A DNA stretch of 63,038 bases from a bacterium. Its GTDB lineage: Bacteria > Patescibacteriota > Saccharimonadia > Saccharimonadales > SZUA-47. Within the stretch, counting starts at the first letter, position 1, and each line of letters opens with the position of its first letter. Shown piece after piece: positions 25,027 through 36,000 of this stretch. The DNA is taken from assembly GCA_030427125.1 (NCBI GenBank), contig JAUHXF010000003.1, positions 1 through 63,038 on the forward strand, in the 5' to 3' direction. A program made the position numbers and the translations under genes. The notes below the pieces were generated by a model, which was not told the DNA's origin, made no database searches, and saw nothing but the letters and a program-made list of their open reading frames with translations.

Positions 25027-26280
25027 CTAGTCTTTTTTCAATATTTCTACTAATTTGTGATTAATATCACTCGTTTTAACCATTTCAGCTTCAGATTGGG
25101 TCCGTAGTTTGAATTCAACCGAATCTTTATCAAGTGTTTTTGGGCTCAGCACTATCCGTAACGGAATACCCATGAGGTCGGCGTCAGCAAACTTGTCGCC
25201 TGGTCGTACATCGCGGTCGTCGTAGAGCACACTCACCCCGGCCTGCTGCAAAGATTCGTAGAGATTTTGCGCTTGTTCATCAACATCTCCTATAGTGGCC
25301 AGATATACCTGGAATGGCGCTATACTTGGCGTCCACACAAGACCCTTGTCATCACTCATCATCTCAGCTATAACGCCCATAACACGCGTTATACCAATAC
25401 CATATGAAGCGAGATACAGTGGCTTCCTGCTCCCGTCTTTATCGGTATACATAAAATCCATCTTTTCTGATTTTTCAGTGCCAAACTTGAATATATTTCC
25501 TACTTCAGCGCTCGTGACGGGCTTTAGCTCCGTTTTATCAATACCCAGCTCTTTAGTAGCATCGTCAAGCACTTCCTCATTCACCGCGACAGTCTGGTCG
25601 GCATTCACATACAGTGTATCTTCACCGGCATCACATATCGTCTGGAACTCGTGTGAAAATTTCGTAAACGCCCCACCACTTGCGAATGTCACGAACGTCT
25701 TATCGCCGATGCCTAACCGATCAAATACACGCTTGTAGGCTTCGATTGCTGCATCATAATAGGTGTCGCAGTCATCAGAGGTTGTATGTACAGAATACAT
25801 GTCCTTCATGACAAATTCTCGGCCCCGCATAATGCCGCTTTTAGATCGAAGTTCGTTGCGGAATTTCGTCTGGAACTGATAAACGCTCTGTGGCAAATCT
25901 TTGTAGCTTGAGACGTGCTGCTTCATCATTTCAACAATTGCCTCCTCGTGTGACCACGCAAGCCCCAGGGGTGACTCATCTTTTAGCTTCGTCTTGAACC
26001 ACACGTCTACAGCTTCATCATCCCAGCGTCCAGTTTCCTGCCACGTATCAGGACGCTGCAACGCAGTCATGATGAGCTCACCGGAATTAATAGCGTTCAT
26101 TTCTTCCCGAACGATTTGTTTGATATTTTCAACTACGCGTATGCCAAGTGGTGTATACGCGTAGACACCGGCCATTACTTTGTATACAAATCCAGCTCGA
26201 ATTAATAGCTGAGCATTTTTGGCCACCTCATCAGCTGGTGCGTCTTTTTGTGTTTTTATGAATAATTGCGATCGTTTCAT
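25027..26280 (-). CDS. proS: Prolyl-tRNA synthetase, short form without the INS editing domain
   Basis: MKRSQLFIKTQKDAPADEVAKNAQLLIRAGFVYKVMAGVYAYTPLGIRVVENIKQIVREEM is a ProRS N-terminus. At 417 aa there is no room for the roughly 180-aa bacterial insertion domain. Confidence 0.85.
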   Translation of the reverse strand: MKRSQLFIKTQKDAPADEVAKNAQLLIRAGFVYKVMAGVYAYTPLGIRVVENIKQIVREEMNAINSGELIMTALQRPDTWQETGRWDDEAVDVWFKTKLKDESPLGLAWSHEEAIVEMMKQHVSSYKDLPQSVYQFQTKFRNELRSKSGIMRGREFVMKDMYSVHTTSDDCDTYYDAAIEAYKRVFDRLGIGDKTFVTFASGGAFTKFSHEFQTICDAGEDTLYVNADQTVAVNEEVLDDATKELGIDKTELKPVTSAEVGNIFKFGTEKSEKMDFMYTDKDGSRKPLYLASYGIGITRVMGVIAEMMSDDKGLVWTPSIAPFQVYLATIGDVDEQAQNLYESLQQAGVSVLYDDRDVRPGDKFADADLMGIPLRIVLSPKTLDKDSVEFKLRTQSEAEMVKTSDINHKLVEILKKD

Positions 26281-26441
26281 TAGTATTCCCCTTTCACTTT
26301 TGTTGGGATTCTAGGTTTATAGACATGCTGAAAAAGAGATTTGAATCCCCGTCCGGGGCATATGTTGCATACATGCTTGCCTCATCATTGCTCATATTGT
26401 AGCTAAATTATCCGTTCTGTACCAATTCTGGCATGATGCCC

Positions 26442-27233
26442 TTAAAGGATGAACAATATAACAAACGCGATGCTATTTTTTATCGCATGTAAAAGTATCG
26501 CACTATACAACGAAGCGTGTTTCTGCGAGATATAAATCAAGAAGCCAGAGAACAACAATGTGTCGATAGCAGCAATCCAGTTCAGATTCCCGAACTCAAG
26601 ATGCGCAGCGCCAAAAATAATACTCGTCAACACATACGCTGCAATAATACCGCCAAATTTTCTCACATAGTTATATAGAAACCCTCTGAACAAAATCTCT
26701 TCAAGTATGGGCGGAATGACGGCAAGCATAATAAAAACTGCGAGTAACCCATTTCCGGATGTCTCTGCGACACCCAACTCCTGAGATTGATTCACATCTA
26801 CCGCCGGGATGAGTAAACTGACCAACACAGAGGCGCCTATGAGCGTCATAAAGTAGACGCCGTACGTTAGTATAACTTCACCAAGCTGCGAGAGACTTGG
26901 AAATTTGTGCAACATCAAGAATCGTACTGGATTGTGTCCCCGCCACCGCAAGAACATCCAGACAAGAAATACAGACCAGCTAGCAATCAACAACGTAACA
27001 GCAAGCTGAACAAGAATGTTATCACTTAATAGTGCTGTAATCTGATCACCTGATTGACCGCCAATACCCAGCAGAGTCGCAACAATAATAACAGGTATAA
27101 TTTGGCCGATAAAGAACATCCCTATAATTGCTATAACGGACCCACCAACCTTTAGCCAATTGCCTTGGCCAGTATCTGTTAGGAGGCTTTTCGATGCAGC
27201 CTTAGCTTCCGGTGATTCTTTGGACATCGACAA
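26442..27233 (-). CDS. CPBP family intramembrane glutamic endopeptidase (CAAX protease-like)
   Basis: Motifs EEILFRGFLY, FGAAHL and LLHAIKNS in a polytopic membrane protein. It overlaps the rseP 3' end by 32 nt. Confidence 0.8.
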   Translation of the reverse strand: MSMSKESPEAKAASKSLLTDTGQGNWLKVGGSVIAIIGMFFIGQIIPVIIVATLLGIGGQSGDQITALLSDNILVQLAVTLLIASWSVFLVWMFLRWRGHNPVRFLMLHKFPSLSQLGEVILTYGVYFMTLIGASVLVSLLIPAVDVNQSQELGVAETSGNGLLAVFIMLAVIPPILEEILFRGFLYNYVRKFGGIIAAYVLTSIIFGAAHLEFGNLNWIAAIDTLLFSGFLIYISQKHASLYSAILLHAIKNSIAFVILFIL

Positions 27234-28365
27234 TAGTTATTAATACAAACAGCAACATGAGTAGTGCAAAACCAGTGCCATGTATCTTCTCTTCCATGTT
27301 TTGTGTAAGTGGTTTGTGCATAGCTCTAAATAGTAATGTTACGAATAATCGACCGCCATCGAGTGCAGGTATTGGCAGAATATTCATGATTGCCAAAGAT
27401 AAGGAAATAAGAGCAATCAAGAGCAGTACTGATTTTAATCCTTGCTCGCTTAATTGACCAAGTGCATCTCCAATGCCAACAATACCCGTGACGTTTTCTT
27501 GCGCCGTTGTTGTATCACCCCTGAATAAATCAGCTATTATCTCGCCAAAAACGTTAAACGTTTCAACGGTTACCTGCCCTGTAAAGACCACACCCACGAT
27601 TGGTGCTGACCACGTTGCTCGCTGCTCAACATATTCAACCGGGACCACTCCAAGATAGCCTTTCGGCTCATCTGTCTGCAAACTTGCTTCAACCTCTTCA
27701 GCAGTACGCAAAGTCGTAGAACTCGTCACATCAACATCCTCAGATCTATCATGATAATTCACCAGGACTCCTTTGCCTTCTAGCGCTGAAGTGGCTTCTC
27801 GTAAATCTTCATCCGTTTTTATCTCAATTTTATTCCCTTCACAGGGCTGCGTAATACAAGCAGCGATATCTTCCATTGAGTAAATAACGTCACCTTGCTC
27901 TAACCCAGCTTGTGAAGCAGGCGAATCGCTACTGACATCAGCTGCAACAACTTCTTGTGTAGAAATAGTGTTATCACCCTCAACTACAAACTGATCATCA
28001 AAGACTTTCGGCAAACCAAATAGCGAAATAACTGAGAATATTACGATAGCTGTCACTGCATTGATGGCTACACCTGCCACCATTATCTTCACTTTATCTA
28101 TTAATTTTGCTGCGCCAAATGATCCTGGTTCTGTATCAGAATCATGCTCACCCTTCAACTTCACAAAGCCTCCAAGCGGCAACCAGTTCAGCGTATATTC
28201 TGTTCCATTTTTCTTTGTAAGCGCCTTCGCGCGTGGTGGAAAACCAATGCCAAACTCCTCAACGTCCACACCTGCACGCCGTGCCGCGAAGAAATGTCCC
28301 ATTTCGTGCAAAATAACAATACCGATTATGAGCAGTGCACCAAGAATTATCAGAGCTATCGTCAT
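27202..28365 (-). CDS. rseP: RIP metalloprotease RseP (M50 site-2 protease) with a PDZ domain
   Basis: HEMGHFFAARRAG (HExxH in TM1), a PDZ-like SDSPASQAGLEQGDVIYSME segment, and the C-terminal NILPIPALDGG motif. Confidence 0.85.
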   Translation of the reverse strand: MTIALIILGALLIIGIVILHEMGHFFAARRAGVDVEEFGIGFPPRAKALTKKNGTEYTLNWLPLGGFVKLKGEHDSDTEPGSFGAAKLIDKVKIMVAGVAINAVTAIVIFSVISLFGLPKVFDDQFVVEGDNTISTQEVVAADVSSDSPASQAGLEQGDVIYSMEDIAACITQPCEGNKIEIKTDEDLREATSALEGKGVLVNYHDRSEDVDVTSSTTLRTAEEVEASLQTDEPKGYLGVVPVEYVEQRATWSAPIVGVVFTGQVTVETFNVFGEIIADLFRGDTTTAQENVTGIVGIGDALGQLSEQGLKSVLLLIALISLSLAIMNILPIPALDGGRLFVTLLFRAMHKPLTQNMEEKIHGTGFALLMLLFVLITIVDVQRITGS

Positions 28366-28394
28366 TAGCGTCTAGTATACGCTATTCGAATCGA

Positions 28395-29087
28395 TTATTT
28401 ACCGAAGCGACGTTTACGCGCGCTATACTCTGCCAATGCTTCGTCAATTAACGATGTTGTCATGTCTGGCCAATAGGTATCGATGAAGTACATCTCTGCA
28501 TAATCAAGTCGCCACATCATAAAACCACTTGTACGTCGTTCTCCAGACGTTCGAATCATCAAGTCTACTGGTGGCACGTCAGCGCCGTACACGTGCTGAC
28601 TTACTGATTCTTCTGTCAGATGTTGCGGGTCTACACCGTCTTCGATAGCGCGCTTACATGCATCAACAATCTCTTGTTTCCCGCCGTAGTTGAAGCACAA
28701 CGACAATGTGCCGCCTGTATTACCGGCAGTTTTCTGCTCAGTTCGTTCGATAGCCTTGAGAACAGGCTTTGTTAACCCGTCCCGACTACCAAGCACTAGC
28801 ACTTTAATGTTCTTCTTATGAAATTCATCAAGATGCTTTTCGACTGCTTTTACAACCAGCTTCATGAGGTACGAAACTTCTTCTTCAGTCCGCTGCCAGT
28901 TCTCTTTCGAGAAAACATAGGCAGTCACATACGGAATATGGCATGTCTCGAATAGATACAAAGACAGCTCACGAAATACTTCTGCACCTTTTCGGTGACC
29001 ATCAAGGGTCTTTAGATTACGCGATTTCGCCCAACGACGATTACCGTCGAGAATTATCGCAACATGACGTAGTTCAGCGTGAGACAC
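28395..29087 (-). CDS. uppS: Undecaprenyl diphosphate synthase (cis-isoprenyl transferase)
   Basis: HVAIILDGNRRWAK, IRTSGERRTSGFMMW, and YAEMYFIDTYWPD. Confidence 0.9.
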   Translation of the reverse strand: MSHAELRHVAIILDGNRRWAKSRNLKTLDGHRKGAEVFRELSLYLFETCHIPYVTAYVFSKENWQRTEEEVSYLMKLVVKAVEKHLDEFHKKNIKVLVLGSRDGLTKPVLKAIERTEQKTAGNTGGTLSLCFNYGGKQEIVDACKRAIEDGVDPQHLTEESVSQHVYGADVPPVDLMIRTSGERRTSGFMMWRLDYAEMYFIDTYWPDMTTSLIDEALAEYSARKRRFGK

Positions 29088-29095
29088 AAATAGAC

Positions 29096-29656
29096 CTAAA
29101 CCTTCAGAATGTCTGATTCTTTTTCTTTAGACTGTGCTTCTATTGTCGACTTTGCAGCATTAACTGCATCGTCAACTTCTTTTTGCATACGCTTTGCGTC
29201 ATCTTCACCGATTTCTTTGTCTTTCTTGGCTTTATCAATCACGCCCATAGCATCATGACGTGCCTTGCGGATGCCAATCATTGCTTCTTCTTGTTTCTCG
29301 CCTAATTGCTTTACGATGAGCTTCCGTCGCTCTTCTGTCAATGCTGGCACTTGTATACGAACTACGTTGCCGTCGTCGCTTGGGTTAAATCCTAAGGACT
29401 GATTATTTCGGATCCCTGATGCTATCGCTCCAACAGTACCCGGATCGAACGCAGCAATTTGAATAAGCTGTGGTTCAGGTGTCGTCACGGTAGCGAGCTG
29501 CTTCAGGGGCATTTGCGTACCGTAAGCTTCAATCATCACTTCTTCAACCATGCTTGGATGAGCACGACCAGTACGAAGTTTCTTAAGTTCTTCCTGAAAG
29601 TGAGCTTCAACTTTCGACAGATTATCAGCAAGCTCTTTCATTACATCTTGATCCAT
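29096..29656 (-). CDS. frr: Ribosome recycling factor
   Basis: 186 aa. ...LRTGRAHPSMVEEVMIEAYGTQMPLKQLATVT...VPALTEERRKLIVKQ..., the typical RRF pattern. Confidence 0.9.
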   Translation of the reverse strand: MDQDVMKELADNLSKVEAHFQEELKKLRTGRAHPSMVEEVMIEAYGTQMPLKQLATVTTPEPQLIQIAAFDPGTVGAIASGIRNNQSLGFNPSDDGNVVRIQVPALTEERRKLIVKQLGEKQEEAMIGIRKARHDAMGVIDKAKKDKEIGEDDAKRMQKEVDDAVNAAKSTIEAQSKEKESDILKV

Positions 29657-29717
29657 AACAATATCCTTTTCTACCTCTTAATTGTACCAGTCGATTATAC
29701 TCATTGAGGTTTTTTTA

Positions 29718-30122
29718 TTATCTCATGTACCTGTTTTGATCAACTGCGGTTGGCAAGCCTACACTTCTCGCATAAAACCAAGTGTCTATAGTCGTTCTAT
29801 AAACCTGTGATTTACTTGTTGAGAAATCAGCGGCACACTCTGCAACTTCTCCGTGGATAGCCGCCGGAATAGATACAGCATACAGGACTCGTTCTCCATT
29901 AAAATAGACGTTATCACTGAGCCTAGCAACAAAAGGGCTTTGATGTAAAATAAATTCTTGATTCTCATCGTTAAAACCCCATACTAAAGCTGCATTAACA
30001 ACAAAACTAGATGTACGTCCTATAATTCTTGAACATACTTCAAGTCTACTTCTCTCAACGGGACTTATTGCAAATGACACTTTTTCAGTCTCACACCCGT
30101 CAGGGAGTCTGCGTAGAAGCAT
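29718..30122 (-). CDS. Hypothetical protein with an internal duplication, possibly a tandem ribbon-helix-helix
   Basis: 134 aa. The two halves align: EKVSFAIS-PVERSRLEVCSRIIGRTSSFVVNAALVWGF against ERVLYAVSIPAAIHGEVAECAADFSTSKSQVYRTTIDTWFY. It occupies the slot where pyrH normally sits between tsf and frr. Confidence 0.5.
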   Translation of the reverse strand: MLLRRLPDGCETEKVSFAISPVERSRLEVCSRIIGRTSSFVVNAALVWGFNDENQEFILHQSPFVARLSDNVYFNGERVLYAVSIPAAIHGEVAECAADFSTSKSQVYRTTIDTWFYARSVGLPTAVDQNRYMR

Positions 30123-30130
30123 CTTCTCTT

Positions 30131-30727
30131 TTAGCTTATTTCGCCTAATTGGATACGAGAGAATCTACGTACGACGATGTTTTCGCCAAGCTGTGCGTTA
30201 GCTTCTTTAACCAAGTCGCCAACTGTGATGTCCGGGTTCTTGATGAATGGCTGTTCTAGTAGACATTGTTCAGCGAAATATTTCTTCACTTGTCCACCAA
30301 CAATCTTCTCCACCATGTCAGCAGGCTTGCCATCAGCTTTTGCCTTCTCACTAAACTCAGTGGTTTTTGCTTCTACAGTGTCAGCCGGGATATCATCTTG
30401 GCTCACATAGAGAGGCGCAGATGCAGCTACATGCATAGCTACATCTTTTACGAGGTCTTCGAACTTTTCGTTTTTCGCGACGAAATCAGTTTCACAGTTA
30501 AGCTCAACAAGGACACCAATACGGTTATCGTGTACATATGAACCAACACGACCTTCTCGTGCTTCACGCTCACCACGCTTTTCAGCCTTTGTCATTCCCT
30601 TTTTACGCATAGCAGCAAGCGCTTTATCAAAGTCGCCTTCGGCTTCGTTTAACGCAGCTTTAGCATCGGTCAAACCAACACCTGTTAGATCTTTTAGTCG
30701 CTTAATATCTTCGATTGAGACTCCCAC
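30131..30727 (-). CDS. tsf: Elongation factor Ts (short form)
   Basis: UBA-like N-terminus IKRLKDLTGVGLTDAKAALNEAEGDFDKALAAMRKKG, then the dimerisation core. It abuts rpsB. Confidence 0.9.
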   Translation of the reverse strand: MGVSIEDIKRLKDLTGVGLTDAKAALNEAEGDFDKALAAMRKKGMTKAEKRGEREAREGRVGSYVHDNRIGVLVELNCETDFVAKNEKFEDLVKDVAMHVAASAPLYVSQDDIPADTVEAKTTEFSEKAKADGKPADMVEKIVGGQVKKYFAEQCLLEQPFIKNPDITVGDLVKEANAQLGENIVVRRFSRIQLGEIS

Positions 30728-31456
30728 TTATTTCTCCTTCTTGTCTTCAGTTTTTGGTGCTTTTTTCTGTGACACACCTAGTTCGATTGCTTGCTGTACA
30801 TAATCTAGTACTAGATTAATTGTCTTCACTGCATCGTCGTTACATGGCACCGGGTACTTCACCGTTCGCGGATCACCGTTTGTGTCAACGAGGGCGACTA
30901 CAGGAATGTTTAGCTTGTTAGCTTCGGCAACAGCGTTCTTGTCGTGCAAGATATCAAGAGCGAAAACCATAGCTGGTCGTCCTGGCATATCTTTGATTCC
31001 GCCGTATAGTACGTTCATTTCATCGATTTCTTCTTGGAATCGTTGTACTTCAAGTTTTGAGTACTTTGCTTCAAGCTCACCAGAAGCCATACGCTCTTCA
31101 AGCTTTTTCAAATGCTTGATGCGAGCCTGCATCGTATTTTGGTTAGTAAGCATACCGCCAAGCCATCGGTTCGTGACATATGGCATGTTAGTTGCATCAG
31201 CAACTTCCTGAATCTTTTCGCGTGCTTGACGCTTCGTAGACATGAGCAGCACAACGCCACCTTCAGATACTACTTTTGTCATTGCATTCAGTGCTTCTTC
31301 TAAATGCGTAGCAGTCTGCGTTAGATCAATAATGTGTGTATCACCCCGCTTTGAGTGAATAAATGGTCGCATAGCTGGGTGCCAGCGACTTGTTTTGTGG
31401 CCGAAATGAGCTCCGGCTTCTAGTAATTTTTTAGCATCAACGGTGACTCCCGCCAT
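30728..31456 (-). CDS. rpsB: 30S ribosomal protein S2
   Basis: LLEAGAHFGHKTSRWHPAMRPFI...NRWLGGMLTN...IPVVALVDTNGDP. Confidence 0.95.
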   Translation of the reverse strand: MAGVTVDAKKLLEAGAHFGHKTSRWHPAMRPFIHSKRGDTHIIDLTQTATHLEEALNAMTKVVSEGGVVLLMSTKRQAREKIQEVADATNMPYVTNRWLGGMLTNQNTMQARIKHLKKLEERMASGELEAKYSKLEVQRFQEEIDEMNVLYGGIKDMPGRPAMVFALDILHDKNAVAEANKLNIPVVALVDTNGDPRTVKYPVPCNDDAVKTINLVLDYVQQAIELGVSQKKAPKTEDKKEK

Positions 31457-31567
31457 AGTGCTAATCCTTTCATCTTCACCGCGAGCTCGCCTTCTGGCAC
31501 AATGCCGTCCGGAGGATTAACTACTCACGATTGTTTAATTTATTGTCCGTATATCTTAACAGATGGG

Positions 31568-31596
31568 TTGAAATAACACAACAGATAGCGTATAGT
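31568..31596 (+). promoter_or_regulatory. Candidate sigma70-type promoter for rpmE: TTGAAA-17-TATAGT
   Basis: TTGAAA at 31568..31573, a 17-nt spacer, and TATAGT at 31591..31596. Only 10 nt separate the -10 box from ATG 31607, so the leader is near zero. Confidence 0.5.
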
Positions 31597-31606
31597 AAGG
31601 CTTCAT

Positions 31607-31939
31607 ATGAAGAAAAATATCCACGCATCAAACTACCGATTAGTCGTGTTCGAAGACCTCAATGACGGGTCTAAGATTTTGACTCGATCAACAATCAAAT
31701 CAGAAGAAACTACCAAATGGGAAGACGGCAACGAATACCCGCTCGTGAAAGTTCACATCTCTAGCAGCTCACACCCGTTCTACACTGGACAAGAGAAGCT
31801 TGTCGACATTGAAGGACGTGTAGATAAGTTCAAGGCACGACGCGAAGCAGCTGAAAAAGCACGCCAAGCTAAGTCAGCAAAGAAGCCTGCAAAAGCTGAA
31901 AAGAAAGAAGAAAAAGCCGAAGCACAAAAGATCGGTTAG
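31607..31939 (+). CDS. rpmE: 50S ribosomal protein L31, type B (no zinc ribbon), with a K/A-rich C-terminal extension
   Basis: [29 protein letters not shown]...[29 protein letters not shown]. There is no CxxC pair. The tail is [21 protein letters not shown]. Confidence 0.85.
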   Translation: MKKNIHASNYRLVVFEDLNDGSKILTRSTIKSEETTKWEDGNEYPLVKVHISSSSHPFYTGQEKLVDIEGRVDKFKARREAAEKARQAKSAKKPAKAEKKEEKAEAQKIG

Positions 31940-31952
31940 CTATCTTGGAATC

Positions 31953-31988
31953 AAAGCTCTGAACCTGTTGGTTTAGAGCTTTTTTATT
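31953..31988 (+). terminator. Rho-independent terminator after rpmE
   Basis: AAAGCTCTGAACC-TGTT-GGTTTAGAGCTTT, a 13-bp stem with one G-U pair, followed by TTTTATTT. Confidence 0.6.
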
Positions 31989-32016
31989 TGTACACTAATA
32001 GAATTGAAGGGTGAAT

Positions 32017-33066
32017 ATGAATCTTGAAGAGTATCAGTCAGAGCTAGACAGCCTAAAGCAAAAGCTTGAAGACCCAAGCTACTTCAGTTCAAAAGAATAC
32101 CCAAAAACTGCAAAACGAATCGCTGAACTGGAAGAGCTAATTGAGACAAACAAAAATCTGCAAAGCGCACAGAAAGCACTAGGTGAAGCTCAAGAATTAG
32201 CAAAAGGCAATGATGAACTAGCAGAACTTGCTCGTGCAGAAGTCGAAGAAACTGAAGCCAAAATTCAAGAAATTGAAACAAAGCTGCAAGAATTACTGAT
32301 TCCAAAAGATCCAAACGCAGACAAAGATTGCATTTTCGAAATCCGTGCTGGTGCTGGTGGTGATGAGTCTTCCCTGTTTGCCGGAGAGCTGTATCGCATG
32401 TACGTGAAGCAAGCCGAAATCGCTGGCTACAAAACTGAGCTGCTTGGTGAGAGCCCGTCAGAAGTTGGTGGCTATAAAGAAATTTCATTTGCAGTACGGG
32501 GTGCTGGCTCATATGGCCACTTCAAACTCGAGGCAGGTGTACACCGTGTCCAGCGAGTACCAGCGACCGAGTCACAAGGTCGAGTTCATACATCAACAGT
32601 GACAGTTGCCGTCTTGCCGGAAGCCGAGGAAACAGATATAGAGATTGACCAAAACGACTTGCAGATTGATACGTATCGCTCGAGTGGAAATGGTGGTCAG
32701 TCAGTCAACACAACCGACTCAGCTGTGCGTATCACCCACAAACCAAGCGGAATAGTCGTCACCATGCAAGACGAGAAATCACAGATAAAGAATCGTGAGA
32801 AAGCTATGGGTGTACTCCGATCGCGATTGCTTCAAGCCAAACTTGATGAAGAACAGGCTAAAGCTTCAGCCGCTCGTAAAAAACTTATCGGTTCTGGTGA
32901 CCGTTCAGAGAAAATCCGTACGTATAACTTCCCGCAGGACCGCATTACCGACCACCGAATCGGTTATTCACGCAGCAACATCCCGTCTGCCCTGTCAGGT
33001 GACATCCAAGATATCCTCGATGAGCTTAAAAAAGCCGAACACGAACTACTAAAGTCAGAAAACTAG
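32017..33066 (+). CDS. prfA: Peptide chain release factor 1
   Basis: PAT tripeptide ([16 protein letters not shown]) and GGQ ([24 protein letters not shown]). I prefer ATG 32017, with GAAGGG 5 nt upstream, over the GTG at 32011. Confidence 0.9.
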   Translation: MNLEEYQSELDSLKQKLEDPSYFSSKEYPKTAKRIAELEELIETNKNLQSAQKALGEAQELAKGNDELAELARAEVEETEAKIQEIETKLQELLIPKDPNADKDCIFEIRAGAGGDESSLFAGELYRMYVKQAEIAGYKTELLGESPSEVGGYKEISFAVRGAGSYGHFKLEAGVHRVQRVPATESQGRVHTSTVTVAVLPEAEETDIEIDQNDLQIDTYRSSGNGGQSVNTTDSAVRITHKPSGIVVTMQDEKSQIKNREKAMGVLRSRLLQAKLDEEQAKASAARKKLIGSGDRSEKIRTYNFPQDRITDHRIGYSRSNIPSALSGDIQDILDELKKAEHELLKSEN

Positions 33067-33070
33067 CCAA

Positions 33071-36000
33071 CTAGATCGTTAAGGTTAGTGTTCCTCTGTT
33101 GAGACCGTAAGCACCGTCACTATAAGCAACAGGCATCTTTAGACTTTGGACTGTAACTTCCTCTGCGTTGCTTGAATCCCCTCGATTAGTGCCAAGTGCG
33201 CCGCCATAACGCACCCCGCCCATTCTCTCGGACATAACTTCTAAATGCTCTCTCATCATGCCGCTTAAACTGCTTGAGGGTATAGATATATAGGTCGGCT
33301 CGGCATACAATACGGGGTCCCCGTTCTGATCCTGCATTAGGCGAACAATTGACCGACCTACTATATTGCCTGACTCGTTGAAAGCAGCAATAATCTTAAC
33401 GTCGGGACCAAAGTAGCCAACCAGCCCCTCACTAAAACCACCTGACGCATAATGCTGGCAGCTTCTTAGAGGCTTCTCTCCAATTTCAACTGTAGTTTTT
33501 GGACTATCGGTGTCCATTACTTCTAGCTTTGTTCTTCCAGCGTGCATTTGCTTATAGCCCTCTATTAGCCTCTGGACTGTATCAGGGATAAATGCCACCT
33601 CTTCAGGTAATTCTGATTTTATCTCGCTCAAAACACTACTCAATTCCTTTTGACGCTTACCCTCCTCTGTCAGCAGGCTGTCTTCTAGTATTTCTTGCGG
33701 CCTAAGACTGGCGATTCGAATTAAGTTGTTTAGTGTGTCTGCTTTTGCTAAAAACTTCTCGACTATTTCGATTTTAACATCAATTCCAGCACCTGCCTCA
33801 GTTATCCCGTGCTTCACGAAATCTATAAAAGGATGCTGACCGCCTTCAATTTTCTTACTAATTTCATCTATTAGCTGCTCTTCTGTGTAACCATCTTTCA
33901 TGCCTCTAAATCTATGGAGCACACCTATAGTTTGGCCCAACGCAGACCGGGCTCCTTGCAGCATACCAGCGTATTCTTCTGTCAGCTCGAACCCTGGAGC
34001 AATCATGCTCAGGTCAGCAGATGCTAGTTGAACGGCTCGATGGATCTCGGCAGAAACGTCTTCGGCTGATGTCTGTAATTCAGATTCAATGCTGGTTACA
34101 GACCCAGCCATCCAGGCTCTATATTGATCAATGCTAATGTTCACTGGTATATGGCCGGCCGCTTTCATCTGTTCAAAGCCACCCTCTTCAATCAAGCCGT
34201 ACTTCCATTCGGTGAAGCTTCCAGCAACTATCGATTCCAGCATACCCTTGAAAACCGTGCTGTATTCTTCATCCCTACAAAATCTCTGAACATATGTAGA
34301 TATCGGTTCTATGTCACCGCCAAAAGCCTCTTTTATGGCGTTTAGTTGATCTAGAGTAATATTACCTTCTACCCCTACGCTTTTGAGCGTGCGTTCAAAT
34401 ATAAATACTTCGATCTCGTCTGCTGAATTAAAGTCTGGTATATGCTCACCGTCATCAATAACTGATGCTAGATTACTGAACAGTCTCAGCGACCGCTGCT
34501 CCTCTTTCGCGCTCAACCCAGTTTTACTAATAAAACCCAAGTAAGATTGCCTCGCCGATTCTTTGAAGTCAAAAGCCCTCATCGTCATAAACAAATCAGC
34601 TATGTTGCGGCTGTAGTGCGCAACTTCCTCGCTGGTTGAGGCGTTTTTGATTCTTTTATAATATTCACCCAGAGTCTTCTCAATGCCACTAAACAGGTCC
34701 GTCATATGTCCTGTGTTGCTGACAATAAAAGCGCTGAGGTTATCATAATCACTCAACATCTCGTCAAAGACACCACTTTCTCTATAAGATTGAATAATAC
34801 TAAGTGCTTCTTTGTTTACGAGCAAATCTCCAAGCAAGTTTTCTAGCCGACTCTTTCGATGAACATGCTCTACGTCGCCGCTACCGTCTTTTTGGCTCAT
34901 AGCCTCTAATCTCTTGATTATCCCGCCAACCACAGGATCACTAAGAGCCTCATTTATATGATCTCTGTTCTTCAGGAACGCAAACTGACCGTCTTCTATC
35001 CTCCCACTCACCACTGAAAAGCTGCCAAATATTCCTTCGACCGCTTGACCTCTGTGGCCTGCAAGCCTGCGAGCGCTTAGATAGTCGCTGAGCAGAGGAT
35101 CATTGAACATATCGTGAATGTCCTCTAGGGTAGCTCCTGGATCGCTGCTTATTGATATGTATTCGACCACACCTCGCTGCAATCCTTCTCTGAATTCTAG
35201 GTCCATCAAGCGGTCATATGAACCTTTCTGGCCATCTTTTTCAGGTGCGACTTCCACAATTTGTTTCTCAAACAAGTCTTTTGCTAGCGGGCTTTTGAAA
35301 GACTCCATAAGCCGTCGAATACCTTGTTCTTTAACGCCACTGTAAGCAAATAAACTGTGTACGGATGAGGCAGATGAAGTTGGCTTAGGAGTAAATACGT
35401 TCAGTGCAACTGTCGCGGCTTCTTCTGATAGCCCGAAGCCCTCCCCGGCAACCTGCATAAACATCTGATTATAAGCGTTTTTGAAGATTTCAAAATCTTG
35501 CTTGGTAGCAGGAGAGCAAGTAGCCGGCTCCTCTAACTCTGTGCCGTTAATTCTGGCGTCCATCGCACTAATTACATCTATAGCGTGGTGCAGAATCTCG
35601 ATGTCCCTTGTGGCTGAATCTGGCGTAAAACCAATTTTTTCTGGCAGAGCTGCTAGAATCAGGGCTTGTTGCTCCCAGACATCACTAGTCGTATATTTGC
35701 TGTTTCTGCTCTCCGACTTTAGACCGAACTTAACCTGATCCATTATGGCTCCTGAGGTGTCCGGGCTAGATACAGACAGAGTCTCCGAGAGTAATACTGA
35801 GGTCGGGATTCTGGCTGGAGGAGGTGCTAGCGCACGCATTCCGCCTTGATCACTCTCTCGCATGTTAATTGATGCGTTTAACAACCCATAGGCCAATTTA
35901 ACGTTTTCGTTTTCTATTGTTTCGGTATCTACTTCTCTGACCAGCCGTATCAACTCTTTATCAATATCTTGCTCAGGATCAAGAAATTCCTGAGGTACGC

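Noticed and set aside
26330-26380. A tRNA-like TTCAAATC / CCCCG..CGGGG element in the 161-nt spacer upstream of proS, and a possible T-box leader.
   Set aside because: I could not fold an acceptor, D or anticodon arm around it. The spacer is too short and lacks a specifier or T-box consensus. It is more likely a weak hairpin after the CPBP gene.
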